64,000 nt of DNA from Candidatus Multivoradales bacterium (GTDB taxonomy: Bacteria; Acidobacteriota; Thermoanaerobaculia; Multivoradales; JAHEKO01): positions 1,617,903 through 1,681,902 of the forward strand of contig OZ243123.1 in the NCBI GenBank assembly GCA_965212505.1, written 5' to 3'. Shown here piece after piece: positions 57,602-64,000 of the stretch. Each line of letters starts with the position of its first letter. Within the stretch, counting starts at the first letter, position 1. Under the pieces are notes generated by a model. The model was given only the letters and a program-made list of their open reading frames with translations. It searched no databases and was not told the origin of the DNA. The translations under genes and the position numbers were made by a program.

Positions 57602-58099
57602 CTAGAGGAAGTAGAGCTCTTTGTCCACTCGCGGGCGTCGCCGGATCTCGCCGGCGAGCGCGCGGCGAACGCGGAACAGCTCGCCCAGGTTCTCGTGATC
57701 GTCGATGTTCGCTTCGAACTCGGCCTCGAGCGCTTCAGGGTCGGCGCCGGCCTCGAGTTGCGAGAGCATCTCCTCCATTCGTGGTCCGAGCTCCATGCCC
57801 GAACTCTCGCCGAACTTGCGCATCAACCGGGCCATCGCACGCGGGTCGTCTTCGGCCCCTGCGCTGTCGAACTCCCCGGCCATCGCCTCCATCGCCTGGT
57901 CGATCGCCCCCTCGTCCAGACCGTCAAATGGGTCCGGCTCGCCGTCGCCGGTGTGTTTCAGGGTCGCGAAGGAGGCCGGCCGTCGCTCCAAGGGCTTCGA
58001 GCAGCGTGGGCAGACCGGAGCCGCGGAGGTGTCGATCCGAGACGAAAAGAAGTTGAACAGAGTGTTGCAGTCGGAGCAGAGGAACTCGTAGATCGGCAT
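57602..58099 (-). CDS. FmdB-family zinc-ribbon protein with acidic C-terminal extension
   Basis: MPIYEFLCSDC...CPRC; DDPRAMARLMRK. Confidence 0.85.
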   Translation of the reverse strand: MPIYEFLCSDCNTLFNFFSSRIDTSAAPVCPRCSKPLERRPASFATLKHTGDGEPDPFDGLDEGAIDQAMEAMAGEFDSAGAEDDPRAMARLMRKFGESSGMELGPRMEEMLSQLEAGADPEALEAEFEANIDDHENLGELFRVRRALAGEIRRRPRVDKELYFL

Positions 58100-58485
58100 G
58101 GTCGCCCTCCTGGCGACCGAATTGTAGGGGACGGAGGCTCGCCAGCGGCGAATTCGCCGTCCGTTCGTCGCGGCGGCCGACTCGTTCGACCCTCGTGCGA
58201 GGCGTTTCGCCTACCCGCGGCGCCAACAGTCCAGCCCGCTGCTACCTTCTGCTGGCCGAGTCCCAGACGGCGGAACGAACGCCGACCCAGGATCGGCGTT
58301 GCCTGGACTGGGGGAGGGCCGTCCTTCAGCCCTCAGCCCCGAGAGGCTGATGCTCCTCCTGGGCCTCGTCCACTTGCGCTGGAGGCACCCCGATAGATGA
58401 AGTACGCTGAGCCCCGGCTCGCTTCGATTGTGTCCTCTGAGAGGCTTGCCTCCGGCGAGAGTCTTAGGAAGGACGGCAACCCAAC

Positions 58486-59259
58486 ATGCTCTCGCCCGAC
58501 CGTCGCTTCCTGATCTTCCACACGGGTTTCTGGCTGGTCGGCGGCCTCGCTCTGTTTGTTTCGGGCCTCTCCCAGATGCCGTGGGATCACGCGCTCGTGC
58601 GCAACATCTTCCTACCGATCGCGGGTTTCTTAACGGCGTTTGCCCTGCTTCCCCTGATCGAAGCGGGTCGAGCCCGGAGCCCCCTGGCTCAGCGCGTCGC
58701 CGCTCTCGTCGCGGCCTACGGAGTGGCACTCTTCTGTGTGCTGGTCATCAATGCGATCTCCTACGCGCAGAAGGGGATGGCGTTCGAAGCGGTCACCTTC
58801 GGCCAGTGGTTCTCCGGAGGGATGAACTTCTATCTCGTCCTCGCCTTCTGGGCGGAGCTGACGATCCAGCGGGTGTGGGACTCGGATCGGCCTCGTCGCC
58901 AGACTCTCGGTTCGGCGAGCGGATCGCTCGTCCTCACGGACCGCGGCAAGGTCCTTCCTGTGGCGCTCGGAGAGGTTACCCACGTGACGGCGGCCGGCGA
59001 CTACGTGGAGGTGTATCTGCGCTCCAGGGACCGCCCGGTCGTCGAACGTCGCACCTTGAGCTCGCTCGTCGAACATCTGCCGGCCTCTAGCTTCTTGAGG
59101 GTGCATCGAGGTGCGATCGTGAACTGCGATCACGTGACCTCGCTCGAGCCGCTGACCAAGGGGCGGTGTCGGCTGGCTCTGGAGGGCGGAGCGACGGTCG
59201 AGTCGAGTCGCGGCTATCGCGAGGCGATCGGGGCGCGCTTCGCGCCGCCGCAGCGATAG
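58486..59259 (+). CDS. Membrane-integral LytTR-domain transcriptional regulator
   Basis: Four N-terminal TMs; AAGDYV, FLRVHRGAIVN, SSRGY. Confidence 0.85.
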   Translation: MLSPDRRFLIFHTGFWLVGGLALFVSGLSQMPWDHALVRNIFLPIAGFLTAFALLPLIEAGRARSPLAQRVAALVAAYGVALFCVLVINAISYAQKGMAFEAVTFGQWFSGGMNFYLVLAFWAELTIQRVWDSDRPRRQTLGSASGSLVLTDRGKVLPVALGEVTHVTAAGDYVEVYLRSRDRPVVERRTLSSLVEHLPASSFLRVHRGAIVNCDHVTSLEPLTKGRCRLALEGGATVESSRGYREAIGARFAPPQR

Positions 59260-59385
59260 GCATCATCGATCGTCCGCCGCGCGTTCGCCGCTCTCAGGGT
59301 CGTTTCCGTCGAGTCGAGAGGACCGTTGGTCGATAAGTTCGGTCGAGGTCGGAACGTACCGGTCCTTCCGACCGTAGCTCGCGGC

Positions 59386-61140
59386 ATGAAGACCTACGCA
59401 GCACTCGTCGTCCTGGTACTGCTTGCTCTCACCCCTGGAACCGCCGTCGCCGAAGTCGGCACCCAACCCCTGCCGGCGGTCGAGATCCTCGACCGCTCGC
59501 TCGAGGCGCTCGGCGGCTTCGAGCTCTTCGCGCGGATGCGGGAGAGCCACATCGATCGGGCCCTTCACTTTCATCCGGCCGGAGGCTCACCGCCGCTTCG
59601 GACCGTTCAGAAGACCCGTTTTCCGCACACGATGCTGATGAAGGTCCATCGCGACGAAGGAGAAGACCAGTCCATCCGCCTCCACGGCACTACGATCGAG
59701 AGTGCCGAGGGCTCGGGCGCCTTCGAACCCGCCGACCAAGGCACCGCCGACTGGTTTCGGGGCTTCTACTGGCGCGAGTGGTGGGTTGTCTACGCTCGCT
59801 ACGCTTGGCATGGGCTGGGCGAGGTCTGGCTCGAATCGCTGCCGCCTGTTCGAGTAGATGGGCGGAGCTACCACGTCATCTTGGTGGAGCCACGGGATGC
59901 CAGCGAGTATCGACTGTTCATCGATGCGGAGACCTGGCGACCCGCTCGACGCGAGTTCCGATCGGGCGACCGCCATACGGTCGACGTATATAGCGAGTAC
60001 GAGCGATTCGACGGAGTGCTCTTTCCGACCCGTATCGATTCGTTTGCCGACGGCCAGCTCACCGAGGAGATCCTCTATTCCGAGGTCTCCTTCTCTTTCG
60101 ACCGCAAGCCCCTGACGCTGCGCCGTCGAATGGAGGAGATCCTCGAGGCGAGTCGAGACGAGAAGGGAATCCCGGGACTCGTGGCTTGGGTTCAGCAGGG
60201 CGATGAGACGCTTCTGCACGAGGCCTACGGTTGGGAGAGCGTCGAGCTGCAGCTGCCGATGCGACGGGACAGCCGGCTGCCGCTCGCGAGCGTTTCGAAG
60301 GTGTTCGCGGGTGCGCTAGCCCTCCGTCTCGTCGAGCAGGGCAGGTTCGATCTCGATCGTCCGGTTCATCACCTCCTGGCCCGTGCGGCCGAACGACACG
60401 CCGAGCTGACGCCCCGGCATCTGCTCAATCACTCTCACGGACTCGCAGAGGTTGTCGGCGACAATCCGGGACCGGGACTCGGATCCTCCCAGACGCGGGC
60501 GGAGTCCTGGCTGATCGAGGCCCTTTCGACGGCTCCCGCCTTTGCTCCCGCGGCCGGTTGGGGCTACAGCCCGACGGGTTTCCTCGTCCTCCAGGCGGCG
60601 CTCGAGGAGGCGTCGGGCGTCGACTACGAGACCCTCGCCTCGCGTGAGCTCTTCGAACCGCTCGGTCTGACCGGTGTCGTCTTCGGAGGTAGCGAGCGAG
60701 TGGTCGAGCGACGACCGGGGATGAACTACTACCGTCTCGACGGTGAGCTCTTGTACAACTACCTCGACTACCCGCGAGTCGCTTTCGCCTCCGCCGGCCT
60801 CAACGCAACGGCTCGGGACGTGGCCACCTTCTATCGAGCGATCATCGAGGATCGGCTGCTCTCGTCCGAAAGGCGAGAGGAGATGTGGCGCGAGGTGATC
60901 CTGCCGGACGGGCAAGCCACCTCGTACGCTCTCGGCTGGGGCTCGTTCCGGACCACCCGTGACGGTCGCTGGAGCGTTGGGCACTCGGGAGGCGGATCGA
61001 GCTGGACGCGCTACTTCCCATCTCACGATCTCTTGGTCATCGTGCTGAGCAATCTCAGTGGAGCGCGAGAGGACAAGATCGTCTACGATCTCGCCGACGC
61101 GGTTTCACAGGCCAGGAGGTTTGAATGGCTCATCGAGTGA
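59386..61140 (+). CDS. Secreted serine hydrolase (beta-lactamase/PBP-like) with N-terminal LolA-like domain
   Basis: Signal peptide; ASVSK (SxxK), LLNHSHG, YSP, GHSGG. Confidence 0.85.
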   Translation: MKTYAALVVLVLLALTPGTAVAEVGTQPLPAVEILDRSLEALGGFELFARMRESHIDRALHFHPAGGSPPLRTVQKTRFPHTMLMKVHRDEGEDQSIRLHGTTIESAEGSGAFEPADQGTADWFRGFYWREWWVVYARYAWHGLGEVWLESLPPVRVDGRSYHVILVEPRDASEYRLFIDAETWRPARREFRSGDRHTVDVYSEYERFDGVLFPTRIDSFADGQLTEEILYSEVSFSFDRKPLTLRRRMEEILEASRDEKGIPGLVAWVQQGDETLLHEAYGWESVELQLPMRRDSRLPLASVSKVFAGALALRLVEQGRFDLDRPVHHLLARAAERHAELTPRHLLNHSHGLAEVVGDNPGPGLGSSQTRAESWLIEALSTAPAFAPAAGWGYSPTGFLVLQAALEEASGVDYETLASRELFEPLGLTGVVFGGSERVVERRPGMNYYRLDGELLYNYLDYPRVAFASAGLNATARDVATFYRAIIEDRLLSSERREEMWREVILPDGQATSYALGWGSFRTTRDGRWSVGHSGGGSSWTRYFPSHDLLVIVLSNLSGAREDKIVYDLADAVSQARRFEWLIE

Positions 61141-61294
61141 CAGTTGTTCTCGAGCTCTGAGTCGCCGGCCTGGCGCAGGGTGCGCTCGGCGGCGAGCTCG
61201 AACGACACGTGATCGAGAAGATCACCCAGAGGTTGGAGTCGAAGCGAACCGCGCTGTCCCTAGCGACCAAATTGTAGGAGACTTGGCCGCGACG

Positions 61295-62950
61295 GTGGCG
61301 AAATCGACGATCGGCGGCTCGACCCGCGTTGCAGGGGGGACTCTCATCAGCAGAGTCCTCGGCCTGGTTCGGGAGGCGGCGATCGCCTTCGTCTTCGGCG
61401 CGGGCGGTCACGGCGATGTCTTCGGGGCCGTGATGCGGGGCCCGAACCTGATTCAGAACCTGCTCGGGGAGCAGACGCTCTCCGCGTCGTTCATCCCCGT
61501 CTACAGCCGTCTGCTGGAGGATGGGCGAGAACGCGACGCGGGAAGGCTCGCGGGGGCGATGCTCGCTCTCCTGCTGGTGGTGACCGCCATCGTCGCCCTG
61601 GTGGGAGTTGCGCTGGCTCGGCCGATCGTGACGATCATGACGCCGGGATTCCTTGCAGACGCAGCGCACGTCGCCGAGGGGACGGCCACGATCGACCGAT
61701 TCCCGCTAGCGGTCGCCGGCGTGCGAATTCTCTTTCCGATGACGGGCTTCTTGGTGCTTTCCGCCTGGGCCTTGGGCGTCCTCAATAGCCATCGCCGGTT
61801 CTTCCTCCCGTACTTTGCGCCCGTCATGTGGAACGTCTCCATCATCGGCGCGCTCTTGGGAGGCGTCTGGTGGCTCTCCGATCCTGTGGCCCCGGCGGCC
61901 GGCGGCCTGGCAACACTCGATCGCCTGCTTCTGGTCGCCTGCTGGGGAGCGCTGCTCGGTGGTCTGCTTCAGTTCCTGGTCCAGGTGCCGGTGGTGTTGC
62001 GTCTCTCCAAGGGCTTCCGCCTCGCCCTGTCGATTCGTGTCGAAGGGATGAAGGAGACCCTCCGGGCGCTCGGCCCGATCCTCGGCGCGCGGGGAGCTCT
62101 TCAGATCTCTGCCTACCTGGATCAGGTGCTCGCGTCGCTCCTCGCGGCCGGCGCGATTATCGGTCTGCGATACGGATCGCTTCTCTATCTCTTGCCGTTT
62201 GCGCTCTTTGGCGCGTCGGTGGCCGCGGCCGAGCTGCCGGAGCTGTCGAGGCGGCGCACGACCGCCGATTCGACGGAGGTGGTCGAGAGAGCGCGCGCTG
62301 CCTTCCGTCAGATCGCGTTCTTCATCGTCCCGACAACAATCGGCTACTTGGCCTTCGGCTACCTGATCGTCGGCACGGTCTATCGGCGGGGGAGCTTTGG
62401 CCACGCCGCGAACTGGCTCGTCTACCTGGTTCTCGCAGCCTACTCGCTCGGGCTACTGGCCGCCGCCTGGTCGCGCCTCTTCCAGAACCTCTACTACGCC
62501 TACGGCAACACGAAAATCCCGGCGACGACCGCCTTGGTGAGAATGGCGGTGTCGCTCGGCCTGGGTCTGTGGTGGATGTTCCAGCTCGATACGCGCACGG
62601 TCGGGGCGACATTCTCTCTGGCTCCTGGGGATCAGGTGCTACACCTCGGTGGCGTCGGACTGGCGCTCGCGAGCGCGGTTGCCGCCTGGTGTGAGTTGGC
62701 GCTGCTGAAGGCGAGGGGCGGAGCTGTCCTCCCTGGCGTCGGCTTGCCCTGGGGGGCGGTCGCCCGGATGGTCGGACTGGCTCTCCTTGCACTAGTTCCC
62801 GCGCTGGCGGTCGCCTACGGCGCCTCGTCGCTGCCGGCACTCCTCGCCGGCCCGGTCGTGATCGGCAGCTTCGCGTCGGTCTACCTCGGCATCGCGCGGT
62901 GGCGCCGCTGGCCGGAGTTGAGCGCCTGGATCGGCCGCGCACGGCGTTGA
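61295..62950 (+). CDS. murJ: Lipid II flippase MurJ (MviN)
   Basis: ISRVLGLVRE, PNLIQNLLGE...ASFIPVY, GVLNSHRRFF.P, LPELS; start uncertain. Confidence 0.92.
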   Translation: MAKSTIGGSTRVAGGTLISRVLGLVREAAIAFVFGAGGHGDVFGAVMRGPNLIQNLLGEQTLSASFIPVYSRLLEDGRERDAGRLAGAMLALLLVVTAIVALVGVALARPIVTIMTPGFLADAAHVAEGTATIDRFPLAVAGVRILFPMTGFLVLSAWALGVLNSHRRFFLPYFAPVMWNVSIIGALLGGVWWLSDPVAPAAGGLATLDRLLLVACWGALLGGLLQFLVQVPVVLRLSKGFRLALSIRVEGMKETLRALGPILGARGALQISAYLDQVLASLLAAGAIIGLRYGSLLYLLPFALFGASVAAAELPELSRRRTTADSTEVVERARAAFRQIAFFIVPTTIGYLAFGYLIVGTVYRRGSFGHAANWLVYLVLAAYSLGLLAAAWSRLFQNLYYAYGNTKIPATTALVRMAVSLGLGLWWMFQLDTRTVGATFSLAPGDQVLHLGGVGLALASAVAAWCELALLKARGGAVLPGVGLPWGAVARMVGLALLALVPALAVAYGASSLPALLAGPVVIGSFASVYLGIARWRRWPELSAWIGRARR

Positions 62951-62992
62951 GCTAAGCTGTAGGCGCGTATCTTGCTGGAAGGAATGGAGCCT

Positions 62993-63424
62993 ATGAAGAT
63001 TGCGATCGCATCCGACCACGCTGGTTACACCTACAAAGAAGCGCTCAAGACGCACCTGGCCGCGAAGGGGCACGAGGTGGTCGACTTCGGCACCGACTCG
63101 ACAGAATCGGTCGACTATCCGAGCTTCTGTCGGGCCGCGGCCCAAGCGGTGGCGCGCAAGGAGTGCGAGCGCGGCATCGTTCTCGGAGGCTCCGGCAACG
63201 GAGAGGCGATGGCCGCCAACCGGGTGCGGAAGGTCCGCTGCGCACTCGTCTGGACTGCGGAGACCGCGCGGCTTGCGCGCGAGCACAACGACGCCAACAT
63301 GATCTCGATCGGCGAGCGACTGGTCTCTTCCGAGCTAGCCGAAGAGATGGTGGACGTTTGGCTGGAGACGCCCTTCGAGGGTGGTCGACACGTCCGCCGG
63401 ATCATGATGCTCGACGAGGTGTAG
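62993..63424 (+). CDS. rpiB: Ribose-5-phosphate isomerase B family
   Basis: IAIASDHAG, SVDYP, GSGNGE, AREHNDAN, FEGGRH.RR. Confidence 0.93.
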   Translation: MKIAIASDHAGYTYKEALKTHLAAKGHEVVDFGTDSTESVDYPSFCRAAAQAVARKECERGIVLGGSGNGEAMAANRVRKVRCALVWTAETARLAREHNDANMISIGERLVSSELAEEMVDVWLETPFEGGRHVRRIMMLDEV

Positions 63425-63440
63425 GCGGATGGGGGGCTCG

Positions 63441-64000
63441 ATGGAGATTCTGCTGAGCGTCTGCCTGGGACTGGGGCTGAGTGCCGCCTGCGGCTTCCGG
63501 GTCTTCGTTCCATTTTTTGTCATGAGTGGGGCCGCGCACAGCGGCTATCTCCACCTCGACGGCGCCTTCGAGTGGATCGGCTCGACCCCGGCGCTGATCG
63601 CGTTTGGCGTTGCGACCCTACTCGAGGTCGGCGCCTACTACATCCCCTGGGTGGACAACCTCCTCGACGGCATCGCCTCTCCGGTCGCCGTCATCGCGGG
63701 GGTGGTGGCCACCGCTTCCGTCGTCACGGACGTCGATCCGCTGCTGAAGTGGACCTTGGCGGTGATTGCCGGCGGCGGCTTGGCGGGCGCCGTGCAGGCG
63801 GTGACCACCGGTACGCGGGGCATCTCGACCCTCACGACCGGCGGTCTCACGAATCCGATGGTCTCGACAATGGAGGCCGGCGGCTCGCTCGGACTGGCTC
63901 TCCTCGCATTGACGCTGCCGGTGTTGGCGGTTGTTGTCGTCGCCTATCTGTTCGTCTACGTCTGGCGGTTCTGGCGCCGGCGGCGGGAACGGCTGAGCGC
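63441..64000 (+). CDS. DUF4126-family membrane protein (3' truncated by window edge; not in the supplied ORF track)
   Basis: Manual translation: GLGLSAACGFRVFVP...EVGAYYIPWVDNLLD...TTGGLTNPMVSTME; open to the end. Confidence 0.85.
   Translation, partial: MEILLSVCLGLGLSAACGFRVFVPFFVMSGAAHSGYLHLDGAFEWIGSTPALIAFGVATLLEVGAYYIPWVDNLLDGIASPVAVIAGVVATASVVTDVDPLLKWTLAVIAGGGLAGAVQAVTTGTRGISTLTTGGLTNPMVSTMEAGGSLGLALLALTLPVLAVVVVAYLFVYVWRFWRRRRERLS

Overview
High-GC bacterial chromosomal window with about 60 genes, most likely Acidobacteriota (Thermoanaerobaculia-like). That assignment is inferred from the C-terminal IFSDGFESGD motif, the Thr-type sulfatase paralogues and gene content, not from a marker gene. 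I found no rRNA, tRNA, CRISPR array or transposase. Main blocks: (1) 1.1-9.4 kb, a porin-cytochrome locus (decaheme MtrA/DmsE-type, MtrB-type barrel, monoheme cytochrome c, NapC/NirT-like multiheme) that runs co-directionally into a TorF-type porin, an ECF sigma, a zinc anti-sigma and a subtilisin. The anti-sigma's outer domain looks like a subtilisin propeptide. (2) 11.6-15.9 kb, tandem lipoprotein sulfatase-like paralogues with Thr at the nucleophile position. (3) 16.9-24.8 kb, a sulfur operon: two YeeE/YedE proteins, a persulfide dioxygenase-rhodanese, a FeS-NrfD fusion, a Tat-less molybdoenzyme and TorD, behind a structured leader, with TauE nearby. (4) A 156-bp four-unit inverted repeat before efp and an FRG gene after it. 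(5) A candidate sigma54-driven small RNA at about 34.1-34.3 kb. (6) An ECF module with two matching back-to-back promoters. The rest is mostly housekeeping (tal, pgi, lon, S1-domain protein, pepE, sirtuin, murJ, rpiB). All calls come from motif recognition by eye; no searches were run.
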